The position numbers were made by a program, and so were the translations under genes. Under the pieces are notes generated by a model, which saw nothing but the letters and a program-made list of their open reading frames with translations, was not told the DNA's origin and made no database searches. This document shows positions 38,797-51,688 of a stretch of 64,000 nt of DNA, one piece after another (the first letter of the stretch is position 1; the number at the start of each line of letters is the position of its first letter). Origin of the DNA: Camelus dromedarius (taxonomy: Eukaryota); assembly GCF_036321535.1 (NCBI RefSeq), contig NC_087436.1, forward strand, positions 110,238,001-110,302,000, read 5' to 3'.

Positions 38797-39139
38797 AAAA
38801 GAAAGAAAGAGAGAGAGAGAGAAAGAGAGGGAGAAAGGGAGAAAGGAAGGAAGGGAGGGAGAAAGGGAGAAAGGAAGGAAGGGAGGGAGAAAGGGAGAAA
38901 GGAAGGAAGGGAGGGAGAAAGGAAGGGAGGGAGAAAGGAAGGAAGGAAAGGAAGGAAGAAAGGAAAGGAAGGAAAGGAAGGAAGGAAGGGAAAAGCCAAG
39001 GAGAGAGGCCTCAGGAGATGTCACACCTGCCTCCACACCGATCTTGTATTTTCAGCCGCTGGAATTATGAGTAAATAAGTATCTGTTGGTTAAGCCGTTC
39101 AGAATGTGACATTTTGTTATGGCAGCCCTAAGAAATACA
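38440..39139 (+). mobile_element. MLT1 (MLT1B-like) solo LTR interrupted by an expanded purine repeat
   Basis: CCCCAAATTCATAGACTGAAGCCCTGACCCCCACTGTGACTGTATTTGGAGATAGG...GCCAAGGAGAGAGGCCTCAGGAGA...TTTGTTATGGCAGCCCTAAGAAATACA. Confidence 0.88.
38660..38995. repeat. 336-bp uninterrupted polypurine tract: (GAAA)n, (GA)n and (GGAA/GGGA)n with a 28-bp higher-order unit
   Basis: No C or T between 38660 and 38995. GGGAGAAAGGGAGAAAGGAAGGAAGGGA occurs 3 times at 38829-38912. Confidence 0.97.
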
Positions 39140-39339
39140 GTCCCAGTCCCACCATCTTTACAATAGTCTTTTCAACTTCTTTTAATTATATACTCAGCTA
39201 CCACAGACAAGCCTTGCTCCGGCCTCCTCCCAGGCTGGCACTCTGGCCTCCTGTTTGCACGGGGAAGGCGCTTGAGAGTTTCATTCAAAGTATAGTGAGT
39301 CCTCCCACCCGGGCTTGAATCCCAGCTCTCTGTTATGTT

Positions 39340-39530
39340 GTGTTTGAGTTTTAATCCTAGTTCTATCTTACATTTGCTGTGAGACCTTGGGCAAATCGCT
39401 TCTTTGAGCCTCAGTTTTCTCATCTTTAACATGAAGATATTATCTATATCTATCTCATAGTGGTGTAGTGAGGAGAAAATGAGATAATGAAAAATAAAAC
39501 ACATTAGAGGTTTACAGTGAACACCTAAAG
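39340..39530 (+). mobile_element. MIR SINE
   Basis: GCTGTGAGACCTTGGGCAAATCGCTT...GAGCCTCAGTTTTCTCATCT...AAATGAGATAATG. Confidence 0.85.
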
Positions 39531-39614
39531 GAATATTAATTTTCATTATTATAACTTCTGGATTGGAATGCTCTGTCCCACTGACTGACTGAATCACAAA
39601 AGAGCTTGAGACAT

Positions 39615-39717
39615 TGCTTGGGACTGGGGTGAAGGAATGAAGGACTTGCATGACCCTGAGAGGGAACACCTCCTTAAATATTGCACCCTAGCCTTCACTC
39701 TGCTTTAGTCCTAGTGC
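39615..39717. mobile_element. MER91A-like hAT-Tip100 MITE
   Basis: GGGACTGGGGTGAAGG...ACCTCCTTAAATATTGCACCCTAG...TAGTCC. Confidence 0.55.
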
Positions 39718-42270
39718 CAATAAACGTGAAAAACCTTTCAACCTTTGTGTCTCATTTACCAAGTTCCTTTTCCATTATCAGCCTTTATAGCAGGTGGAAT
39801 TCCTGAGCTTAAGTTCCTACTCGGGTGTATGGGCATTTTTGGTGTCCAACACTGCCTTTGCCAGCAAGATGGTAACAATATTCCCATATACCTTATACTC
39901 AGTCCCATTCAGTTTATAAGATAGCCTCAGACACTTTCAGTCCCCTAAACAATGATGATGACAAATTAAAGTTCAGTGGAAATTTACTCCTAAATCAAAG
40001 AACTTGTAGGCACACTTAGAGTTGCTTCAAAGAGATACGGCAAAATGCTACTAAATACTTTATTTGAATTTTATAACAAGAAAATAAAGGCCAGAGGTGC
40101 GTTCCTTTTCAACTGAAAGAAATAGCTTCTATCAGCTAGAAGATCAGCTCCAGTAACTTCGGGGATCTATTTGGCTCTATTAGGTCTGTTGCTATTGTGA
40201 TGGGCTAAGAAGTTTTTTTTTTTTTGAAGAAAAGTAATTACGTACCAGAGCCCCTAGTCAAAGAAATGTAATTGTGGTTAAAAAAAACAACCCTTGCTCA
40301 GCACAATTTAGGCTCTCTGTGCCTTTCTGTAAGCTGGATCGATAGCTAGCAGATACATAGATCTCCATGCTGGCTAGAACTTAAATCCTCTCACATCTTC
40401 TAGTGATACTACAATGAAAGGAAAACCACCGTGTGAAAAATGTGCTTACCAAAAGCTAAATTAGCACGTTGTCACATTCACAAAGCAGTCACTATTGTAT
40501 CTTCAGAGAGTTAAGCGGAAAAGTGTAGGGGAGAATATTTGCTGAATAGCTCCTTTTGGCCAGGCACTGCAATGCGTGACATATTTGATTTACAGGATTC
40601 AAATTATGATTCTTACTGGTAGCACATATGTGTGGGTGGAAAATGCCTGAATTACCCTCATTAGGATACATGAAACTAAAAGGAAAGAAAATGAATCTGA
40701 ACCATAGCAGAATAATTACCCAGCTATATTTAGTGAATATTTTTTTTTAAAAAGGATGCTTGCCTCAAATCCCTATAATGTATTCCTTACAGCTATATAT
40801 ATACCTCTACCTCCATGTATGTTAAACTGAATATGGCTTGAATGAGTGTTCAGTTTTCTTAAGCAACCCTTTCATCTTCCTCAAGCCCCTTTGAGCAACA
40901 CCTCCCTGCCTATTCTATAAAGACCTTGAAACCATACACATGCACTCAAAACTATGACAGTGAAATTCTCAGGTCCAGAGTGGACAACATCTTTTACTGA
41001 GTGGAATTTTAGCGTTTGATTTTTCACAATTTTTTTTCCCATAAGGGTTGTTTCCTAATGTGATGGCCACCTGACACAATTTTTACTAAAATTTTTCAAG
41101 AAGTACAACCATTTCCTCTGAAGGTGAGAAGGGTTATGCTAGTTTGGAGCCCTGAATTTCCTTTTGACCAACACAGTGAACCCCTTAGGCAAGAATATTT
41201 TTTAAAAAATGCAAAACAAATTCAGTCTAACATAATCTGAAGAAGACTGCACTCTCATAATTCTGAAATAGGGAATACAAATTAAAAGTAAAATGATATC
41301 TTCTCTAATGTTGTGCTGTGGCAGGCCTTGATTTGAGGGGGAAAAAAATCCATCTGGCCTTAATAAAGACGTGAGCTTTCCAGGTTGTTGGGGTGTATTG
41401 TTTCCTTTACGTTTTTACAGTGAGGGCTAATTTTTAGTGCTGTGGAACTAAACAATTTATTTTATTTTTAAAGAGATCAGTCTTATTGATTCCATAAGTC
41501 TTCATTTAAAAAAAAGAATGAATAAGTGTTGAGCATCTCCTCTGAGACAGTGTGATAAGTCCTGTGCCAGAGAGAAGTGAGATGAGCAGGCAAGAGAGAA
41601 CTTTCATCCAACCCGCAAGTCAGGCAAAGCTCCCCAAGAGAATAGGAGCCAGGGTCAAATTTTGAAAAGAGGCAGCAATTACCAGGATGAAGAATGGGAG
41701 GAAGGACTTCTCAGGCAGAATGAGAGGTGGATGCAAATCACATTACTGAAGTCTGATTATGATGCATTTCCGTCTAAACCTTGTGCTTTCTCAGATGTCT
41801 CGTGGGCATCCCTCATCGGCAGCCCCGCACATGTGCGCTTCCATCTGGATTCCCCATCTCGGGCAAAAGCACCGTGAGTAACTATTTCTACATTCCAGAA
41901 AGCATGAGTTCAATTCAACTCTTCCCTCTCCGTCAACTAAAATATTAAAGGAAGCACCGAATGTTTTCTATTCCGTCTGCTAGGTGTTTATTTAAGCTTA
42001 CACCTCCTCTTCATCTCCAGTACTATTCACTTATTTAAACGCCCGTTTCTCTTTAATCTGGACAACTGCTATGGCCAGCTTTCATTAAATAATTGTCTAC
42101 CTTTTAAATTCAGCCATCGTTGGCAGTTACGGTAAGGTATGTGTGAAGCATTGGGGCTGTCACAGAGAGTATGATAGAGCCACAGACTCCAATGGGATCA
42201 CGGCAGAGATAGAGACATAAAGAGATAACTTTAATACAAGGTATTTTGGAAGGGGGCATAAGTAATAAGG

Positions 42271-42370
42271 TTTATTTATTTATTTATTTATTTAATGGAG
42301 GCACAGGGGATTGAACCCAGGACCTTGTGCATGCTAAGCATGTGCTCTACCATTGAGCTATACCCTCCCC
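42271..42370 (-). mobile_element. tRNA-Ala(AGC)-derived SINE, vic-1-like (camelid)
   Basis: Minus strand reads GGGGAGGGTATAGCTCAATGGTAGAGCACATGCTTAGCATGCACAAGGTCCTGGGTTCAATCCCCTGTGCCTCCA plus a (TAAA)n tail. A box at 42350-42360, B box at 42307-42317. Confidence 0.88.
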
Positions 42371-44304
42371 ACTGAAGATATTAAAGGCACACACAGAAAA
42401 TATGAAGATCAGAGAAGAAGGCGGAAAGCCTTCCAGGTGGATTAAAATCCTGTAATGAGAAGCTGAGATGAGAAGGAAACACAACAGAGAAATTATTCCA
42501 AAGACAATAGAATCAGCAATGACGTGGATATAAGATGCAATGAGTTGTATTCAGTGTTGCTGAAACTTCACATCTGGGGAGCAGGAAATGATGAGAGGCA
42601 AAGGGACAGAGGAAGGAAGAGGCCAAGTCATGCAAAATCGGTGTGCCCTGTTCAGCAGCAACAGTGATGTTCTCGGTTACTAAACGCCTATTGTACCCCC
42701 AACGATGACCATACACTTTCATGTTTTATCACAACAGCTGTATTTTTGAAAGGCATTATTTCCATTTTACAGACTTAAGATTCTGATGTTAGTGGAGTGT
42801 CTAACTGATCCTGATGCATTCATATTCAAGTATGATCTGCAACCACATCATTTCTTTCTCATTCCTACCTTTCCCTAAAGCGTCTTTAGCTTATTGACAG
42901 ACAATTTTGCTTGTAATTTTACTCACATCCAGTCGCCAAGACAGTATGTCGTTCTGGCTTTTGATGGTTTACCTTTGTCTTTGTAGGGGTTCAGACTTCT
43001 TCATGTGGCTTTCGTGGTTGCTTATGTTTTTCTCTTCCTTCATCTCAATTTATCTACACCCATCCTATACCCTAGATACACATAACCACTTGAATTTCCC
43101 TGAATATGTCTCTGTATCATTCACGAGCTGTTTCACTTTGTTCAAAAGCCCTCCCCCACTTCACATTTACCTGGATCCCTGGAAAATACATATTTATTCC
43201 CCAGCACCCGGAATGAAGCAAAATTTCATGCTAATTTTATTCACCAAGCTATATTCTCAAACAATGAGTGTTCACTTTCAAAAAGAATGACTATGGAAAC
43301 ATCAAAATATGTGATATTTAACCAAAGCTCATATAAGAGATGTAATCTTCCATAAGGTGATTAAGATAACTGCTTGAGGGTGTATAATAAAAAGATATAT
43401 TTTCCTTTAACTGGTCCAATTGGGAAGTATAGTCATTTCCACTGATGTATGGCTGTCTCTGAATTTTCTGTGTCTGTATTTTATAATCTAGGTACTTAGA
43501 AAATAGCATGTATGGTCTGGCCAAAGGCACCATACAAATCAAAGCATGACCCATTCATTTCTGTTCTGTCACATGGAGATTGCAAATGGTGTACTTTCCA
43601 CGTTCCACATCATTAGCATAGTCAAACAGCAGATTCAGCAGCATGATGTCTATGCCTGAAGGTGGACAGGGAGTAGAGATGTTCAAAGATGTGAGCATAT
43701 GGACAGCTTAATCACAGGTGTGATGTCATTTATGCTATCCTTCCATAGCTATGTACTGAGGACCTACAAACTTCCATTTGCCTAAAATAGAGACATAAAA
43801 CCAAGTGCCCACCATAATTAAACTTATGATCTTGCATAGAGGACAAAACATAATACATGGAATATAAATAATAATGTAGAATAGCAATATAAGAGACTTC
43901 AATTCCACAGGAAAAATCTATTAAAATGAGAACTTTTAGATGGCTTATGAAAGATGGAAAAAGCACTGGAGTTAGAAGTCTGGGTTCTTGTTCCAATTCT
44001 GACATATGATGACATACAGCAAGTGACTTAAACTGTCTGAATTTTGAGTTCAGATAAATATACAGGTTATGCCAACTTCACTAGATTTTGGAAAGGATAA
44101 AGTAAAAAAGTTATTCTATGATTACAAAAGAACACATAGGCTTTGATGCACGGTAATTTCTGAGCAAGGAATGGCATTTTAGTGGACCACATCCTCAGAA
44201 GTTTCTACTTGAGTTCTCTTTTTCATTCGCTTTCAAGTTGGGTTCTTTGACTACACTTACTAAACACTTAATTAAATGCAATTGGTTATTTCTATCCAAT
44301 AATG

Positions 44305-44429
44305 ATTTATTGAGCAAATTTTATATGCCAATCACTATGTTCAATGCTGAGGATCAAATCATGGGCATGACACAGAAGGACCCTGTGTCATGCAGAAACT
44401 ATCTGGCACATAGTAGGTGCTCAATAAAT
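44305..44429. repeat. Inverted L2/MIR-type 3' tails enclosing a perfect 11-bp hairpin
   Basis: 44305-44330 matches the reverse complement of 44404-44429 at 21/26 positions. Inner GCATGACACAG-AAGGACC-CTGTGTCATGC at 44365-44393. Confidence 0.85.
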
Positions 44430-45099
44430 GTTAATTTTACTTTTTTTTAAATTGGATTCCATATTTGGTGGGTACATGCAGAGAGGCTACTGAAAGTTAA
44501 AAAAGATTTGCATCACTTATTAATTGCTTGGACAGAGTAGAAGAAAGTTTGTCATTGTTGTGACAAAGTTTGCAATACAAAATATACCAGAACTGATAAA
44601 AAAGTTTTATACTAAGTTAATTCCCAAACTTCAGTAGCCAGTAGGCAGACTATAGGAGCTGACAGTTCACACAAGGTATAAGACAAATGAGAGATGAAAC
44701 TTTGGCAATTGTTCAGCCTTATTAATAAACAAGCATGTGTATGTGTATACATATATATACACACACCATTTGATTTGTTTATACACACATGCTATATGTA
44801 TCCACGCACATATGTGTACATATACATACAAATTAAAGGAACAAACAATAGCAAAAAATTAGCAAGTGGAAATACTCAACATCTTCAAAGAGTGTGGTGA
44901 AATAGATGTATTTAGATAGAGCTGATATATTTTGATTGCACTTAGAGCATGCAGTCTTTCTGGAGAGAAATTTTTAATGTCTCACTAGAGCTGTGAAGTT
45001 ACCGTATGACTTGACAATACTACTGTATTCCTATTGCTGCATGGCAATATTTCCCAGGAAACACACGTCTTTATTAGCTATTGTCTACTTATTTTTTTT

Positions 45100-47150
45100 T
45101 TAAATCAAAGAAAAGTTAGTTATAAAAACATGAGATTACTGAAATATAGAAAGCAGAAGTAAACTGTAGAAATGATTTTTTAAAACTCTACAGTGTGACT
45201 TTTTTAAGGATCGCAATGTTGAAAAAATTCTAAGAAAAAAGGAGAAAACAAAAATACATTTTAATAATGAGTAAGAAAGAAGATATAATCATATATTCAA
45301 AAGAGTTTAAAAATATTTAAAGACAAAAATTGTGTGTAAAGCTTGGGCAACTAATTGGAATAATGGAAGAAATATGGATGATAACCTAGCAATTATAAAT
45401 TATTAAAATTGATCCCAAAGGATGTAAAAAATTTAAATAGACAAATAACTATAAAAAGATAGTGGAATTAGTGAAATTTTTTAACATTTATAAAGTTACT
45501 AGCCCAGATTCTTTTTATAGATGAGTTCTATATAATCTTTAAATAACATATAATCCAGTACTATTAAAAATTTTTACAGATCACAAAAGATTAAAATCTC
45601 CTTATCGTATTTTTAGAAATTAATGAAACTTTTAAATCTAAATTTGTCAAGATGAAAAAAAAACTTTCATCAGACATGTTTTGAGTAACAATGCACAATT
45701 TCTAAATTAAAAATTAGAAATTGGGAAATTTATGTACCTCTGTTTAATTGTGCTGTGAAAAATACAGTCTATTAAAAAGCAAAAAAAATAGAAATTAAAA
45801 AAATTATATTACTGACTTATTATTTTAATACTGAATATGATGATGTTGAAATTCATATTAAAAACTGAATGCCTGATATGGCAAACAAAATAAACCAAAA
45901 CAAAAAGGAATAATAAAGAGAACTTTGCCTAAGTGGATACCAAAATTTATAATAAACCCATTATAATAAAAATAGTATAGCAACTGAATAGGGATAGACA
46001 AACTGGTCAGAAAAACTAGTTCAAAATAGACCCACCTGAAAGTGTGGTTGAAGTTATGACAACTTATAGTTCAATAAAGCAGCAAAATGGAAGTTTATTT
46101 CATAGCCAGCACAAGTGGGTAACCATCCATAAGAAAACAAAGCACACAAAACAAAAAGTAAATTCCTTGCAGAAGAATTTAGTATAGAATTATCTAATAT
46201 AAAATAATTATGCTATATAAATACATGCAAATAAAGTCATTAATAAATAATGATATTCATATGTAATATATTTTATAGCTTCGTACATAAAGTAATTTTT
46301 ACAATAAAACAATATATTAGAAAAATTTAAGAGCTCTCATATAGCTTTTTTAGGAAAGAACAGACCCATTGAAGTGAGAGGAAATCTAGATATCATAAAG
46401 GAAAATGGACATAAAAAATAATTTCACAAATGGAATCAAATAAAACAAAATACTTACAACTCATATGATACATAAACGATTACTATCTCAAATATACATA
46501 AAATACTCTGATAAGAAAAAATATGAAAAATTAAAATGTAAGGAAATTACATGCATAGGCAGTCCACAGAATAAGAAATCCAAATGGCCAATAAACACAA
46601 AATCATCAGCCTCACTGGCAGTTGGAAGTTGAAGACATGATGAAAAACTATATTTTCCTCTCAAATTGTAACACAACAATAACAAAAAAAAATGTAAAGT
46701 AAAATAAATCTAGTCTAGTGACCAGATGTGGGAAATGGGTAGCCACATGTTTTCTGGTAAGACTCTCAATTGCTACTGCACTTTGGAGCAAAGTCTCACA
46801 ATATCTATTAGAAACAAAAATCCCATAGCCTGCACATTTTCGCTTTCGATGATCAGATTACAGAATGAAAGCTCCGGCATGCAAAGCAATGTGTATGGAG
46901 ATACCTGTTGTAGTATGGTGGCGAGGGGTGGGCTAGCAAAACAGCAAACCAACAATTAGAAATAGAGAGGAAAAAACCCTGAAAATAACCCAAATGTTGG
47001 TTAATTTAGGGAGTTCAGTGCATGAAATATTTTGTAGTATTTAAAAATAATGAGTTTGTTTTGTTTTTGTGGACCTAAAGAAATAATCCTGCTGTATTAT
47101 TAAGTGGGTGAAGCAAGATGAGCAGTGATGTGTACGTGTATAAAAAAACC
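45100..47150 (+). mobile_element. Highly decayed ancient L1 (L1M/L1ME-like)
   Basis: A-rich, with remnants AATTTAAATAGACAAATAACTA, AGCCCAGAT..TTTATAGATGAGTTCTA, AAATCCAAATGGCCAATAAACA, TGCTGTATTATTAAGTG. Confidence 0.7.
45723..45783 (+). mobile_element. About 60-bp L1MC-type 3' terminus nested in the older L1
   Basis: GGGAAATTTATGTACCT...TGCTGTGAA...AGTCTATTAAAAA flanked by AAAATTAGAAATT (45710-45722) and AAAAATAGAAATT (45784-45796). Confidence 0.65.
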
Positions 47151-48879
47151 TGGAAGACACTTACAAGTGTGTAAGTAACCCTGCCCATCCCTTAAATGTT
47201 GGTATTCTTTAGGCTTCTGTCCCAGATCCTCTTCTTGCCCAGTGACAGATGTATCTGCCTTGTATTAGAATTGTGTTAGTATTAATATTGTGACTGTATT
47301 AGTATTGTCATTTTCTAAATCTCCCACAGGACTTCAGGTCCTCAAATGGCCAGGGACAATGAGTTTATTTACTCTTTTCTCCCTGGATATAATTAGTAAC
47401 TATAAACTACTAGGTAGTCAACAGATATGTGCTGAATTGTGGGAGGAAAGAAGGAAATAAAAGGAGAAAGGGAAAGAAGAGACAAAATATCTAGCAAATA
47501 GCCTGGCACCTGAATAATCTTCACAGAATGTCATCACCCGCCCCCCGGCCCGTCTCTTTCTCACTTCAATCCCTCTGCCCCCATCCCCTTGGTCCACATA
47601 CTGCTCACTTTTCCTGATTCAGATACCATATCCAAGCAACAAAAAGGTTATCCAGTGATTCATCAATTCCTCACCTCCCGTGCTTAGCTTTCCTGGCTGC
47701 ATTTCAGCCCCTGCTGGGAGATCCACAGCCTTTGGCTTTGCTTGCAGAATGGCCAAAGAGCACATCTGGATTGAGCATTTCATTTTCAATCCAAACCTGG
47801 TTGTATTAACACTCTGTCATATTTAATATACACTGGGCAACGTGTAGTCTGCTAGATTTGGACTCACTGGAAAAAGACAAAGCATGACATTGTTGAAGTC
47901 ATACCAGCAGGGGGTATAATTCTTTGTAAAGCTATATAATATGTTCCAAATACATTGCAGCTGTTGATAGGTTTTATTACATTTGCAGTTAGGGACCTTA
48001 CTATATTTGTAGGAAAGATTTATTGTATTTACTTTTATTACTTTAGCAGTTTGGGATATTTTCATATTTGTCATGAACTTATTCCATTTATGCTCATTGA
48101 GTTTATATCTTAAGTTTGCTACATGAGCAGGCTATGAATAATTTCACCTGTTGTCATTATACTTGCAGTCAATTCTCATTACCACTGTGCTAATATTTCA
48201 CAGTATTTGCAGGTGCTGCATATTACATTAGCGGTTTGAATATTTTAAAGTCAGCAGCAATGGGGCCGTGCAATCAGCTGAAGAAAGGGCACAGACCTAC
48301 CAAATGCTCAAACTCTTGGCAGATGGAGGAAAATATGCTGGACTGCAGCAGTTGGCTATGATAACCAGACTCATTTAAAGTACGTGTCCAAAGGATTTAA
48401 ACCTTAGTCTGACGTGCTCAGACTCACTAACTCCAAATTGTCTGTATATCTTATTGCTTCTAATTTCCAACATTCTTCCACTGATTAAATGAAGATTAGA
48501 AATAAAGGTTGATTTAGGACAAATTTATGTTTTCAAAGTGATTCCTGACCTGAATTATCTCTACCTTGAAAATCTAAGAGATCATCATACAATACTACAT
48601 TGTAGGGGAATCTAAGCAAAATATTTAGCTTAATTCTTAGCATTTGGCAGAATTGGACAGCTTAGGCACCATTCTAAGCTTTCACCATTTATACTAACTG
48701 CAGTCTACTAACAGATGGAGCATTTGATGCAAACCTGCAAACCTTTGTTTGAAGTTATGTGATTTATTGTTGCTGTTGATGGAACCAGTAAGAAAGCAAT
48801 TTGGGGCAAGAGGAAACTTGGAATAACAATGGCACAAGCCGGTAGCAGCAGCTGCAGAAGGAAAATAATAATAATCATA

Positions 48880-49130
48880 GCAGCTTAAGTTTATTGAGTG
48901 TTTACTACCTGCCAGTCACTGTTGTAAAGCACTTTACTTGCCTTAAATTAATTAATCCTCATAACCACCATATGAGCTGTTTACAAGGATTAGATCCATT
49001 TTACAGGGGAAAAACCGAGTCACAAATAAGTTAAGCAACTTGCCGAAGGGCACAGAGTAGGAGAGCTAGATCCAAATTTAACCCAGATAATTTGAATTCA
49101 AAGTCAAAGGTTTAAACCCCTGGACCATAG
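48880..49130 (-). mobile_element. MIR SINE, near full length
   Basis: TTTATTGAGTGTTTACTACCTGCCAG...TTAATCCTCATAAC...CCATTTTACAGGGGAAAAAACCGAG...GTTAAGCAACTTGCCGAAGGGCACA. Confidence 0.9.
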
Positions 49131-49697
49131 TATTAATTTCTAGTTCCCCAATTGAATCAAGGAAGGTAATCTCCTATTCTTTAATTTCATGAAGATTTAC
49201 ATTTAGTTCTTATTCATGTTATGGATTATGCTGTGTTCACTGGACTTTCTCTAGACTCATAGAGGCTCCTATTTAACCAATATTTAAAGAAATATACATT
49301 CTTCCAATTATATGTGAATCCCCTAGTTTACAAGACTGCATAGTTTTCTCTCCCAAAATATTTATAGTAATTCAAACATCAATTTAAAGTCAGGTAATCC
49401 CTCTGTCCCCAAAACATGCTGAAATAATGTATGCTGAAATGAACTATGGTAGTTAGGAACACAATATCAACATTTTTCACTTACCCCTCAAGCTAAAACA
49501 GTGAAAGCTAGAGTCCTGGATCAGAAACTAGAAAACCAAGGTATGGCTTCTGCTCTATAGCTCAGTGATTGCATGACTTGGAGAAAGTCACAGGTTTGCA
49601 GAATATCAGTTTTGGATATTGCAGAATATCAGTTTTCTCATCTATAAAATTGAATAAGACAAATACTTGCTTGCCTCCTTCCCAGTTTGTGAGGTCG

Positions 49698-49882
49698 TAG
49701 GATTACCAGATTTAGCAAATAAGAATACAGGAAGCCCAGTTAAATTCGGATTTCAGATAAAAAACTAATACGTTGTTAGCACATGCCCCATTCAATATTT
49801 GGGACATATTTATACTAAAACCACACTAATTAATTGAAATTCAAATTTAACTGAGCATTATTTATTCTATTGGGAGGGTCTA
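49698..49882. mobile_element. MER53 palindromic hAT MITE inserted into a MIR
   Basis: TAGGATTACCAGATTTAGCAAATAAGAATACAGGAAGCCCAGTTAAATT...AATATTTGGGACATA...TGAAATTCAAATTTAACTG. MIR sequence resumes on both sides (TTTGTGAGG / GAGGATCAAGTGAGATAATGCATGTAAA). Confidence 0.88.
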
Positions 49883-51325
49883 CAAGAGGATCAAGTGAGA
49901 TAATGCATGTAAAACATTTTGAAGTTCTGACACAAGACACTGAGATGGTAAGTATGGCTGATCTCTCCAAAATAGGGGAAAAAAAATACTCTGAGTGGAT
50001 TTAATACAGGGTTCTAATGTTTAACTCCCAAGGATTGTTGCTTACTAGGTAGAGGGCTTTATTTGTGGCCACTTTGGAAAAGAATTGATTCTCAGCCAGA
50101 GAACACTCAAAGCCGGATAGGAGCCAAAGATCCTCGAAGGTAGGGGTCTTTTAGTATCATCCATCAACAAATGCCAAGCTGGCTGCAGTAGGAATTACAA
50201 GGCGAGATGTGGTTTCAGGTACATCTTCGTAGATCCTGCTCCAGGAACTCTGATGTGTAACTCTTTATTGGTCCAGAATTCTATACTTTCAGCAAGGTTT
50301 CCAGATGATTCTGAGAAGCAGCCAGATTTGGCAACCACTTTTAAAGAGGTTTTCGGGGATACCAGATGCTTTTCTCGAGAGCACTAGTGACCCCTGACAG
50401 TGACCATGATTAGTAAACCCTTTTCCCAAGATGGGTCCCAACCCCAGCAGCTTCATCACACACTTGAGGGGCACTGGCCGACGAGAGAGCCTGCCCCACA
50501 TGTCTTCGCTACCTGCCATCCACGGCACAACACCTTTGAAAAGACTCAATAGCTGCCCCGATATTGTATCAAATATCCAGATGCATGAAAAGGGGATCTT
50601 ATTGTTGAAAACAATAGAATCCTAACTCTAAATAATTTAAATTTAAAACAGTGGAAGTCCAGATTGCAATCAGCATGCTCACATGATTCCGTATGAGTTG
50701 TCTCATGATCTCAAAACGGGAGTTATCTCATGATCTCTCTCCCTCATGGCCCAGCCCTCCCCCCACTGTGTCAACTAATGTCGTCCTTCAACTAAGTTCA
50801 CTGGCCCAGCATCGTTGATATACCTATCCTTGAGCAAAAATCATGGTGATTGGTTAGCCAGTCCTGAGTCACATGCTCACCCATACCTAGGCTTTGGGTT
50901 AATCCTACCCAACACATGGACTAAGACAGGAGGCGGTGGTTTTAAATACTAGACATGATTTCTATTACTAGAAGAACGTATGCTGTAGAGAAGAGTTTGT
51001 TACAACAGAGCATAAAATTAATGAGATGAAAACTTTTCTGGAAGTATGAAATTTAAAAAAGAAAAGGAGAAAAAAAATTATGCAACCCCAAGTTTTTCAA
51101 AAGACATTCTCTAAAACCCTAGTTCATTAAATATTTTAGATTAAATGTGGCTCCCTGGTCAAAAATTTTGGAAACCCAATGCTCTATATGTGCTTCTTGG
51201 AGATAAAAATGGCAGACTACCATATAAAGCCTCTGGAAAGTTATCCAATACAAAAAGCTGTTTAACATCACTTAACTCAAAATTTTTGAATTTGAATAGA
51301 ATATGAAATATTTGTAATAGTAGAA

Positions 51326-51688
51326 TGTTATGGACAAAATGTTTGTGACCTCAATATTTATATGTTGAAGCTCTTACTCCTGATGTGAGACTATTAAAAG
51401 ATGAGGCCTTTGAGAGGAAATTGGATTTAGACGAAGTAATGAGGGTGGGGTCCTCTTTATGGGATTAGTGCCCTTATAAACTAGAGACTAGAGTATGCTT
51501 TCCTTCTCCCCACCATGTGAGGATACAGCAAAAAAGGCAAGAGAAGAAGAGGGTTCTCATCAGAAACCAAGCCTGCTGGCACCCTGATCTGGGACTTCCC
51601 AGCCTCCAGAATGGTGAGGAATAAATGTCCGTTGTTTAAACTCTCTAGTCCATGACATTTTGTTATAGGAGCAAAGCAGACTAAGACA
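51326..51688 (+). mobile_element. MLT1A-like solo LTR, full length
   Basis: TGTTATGGAC...ATGGGATTAGTGCCCTTATAA...GCTGGCACCCTGATCTGGGACTTCCCAGCCTCCAGAATGGTGAGGAATAAA...GACTAAGACA, with TG...CA termini. Confidence 0.9.

Noticed and set aside
38430..39078. Three longest ORFs (189, 188 and 173 aa)
   Set aside because: They are translations of the purine microsatellite, which contains no stop codons, inside an MLT1 LTR.
42296..42370. Possible functional tRNA-Ala gene
   Set aside because: Imperfect stems, extra 5' G residues and a (TAAA)n tail instead of a T-run terminator indicate a SINE.
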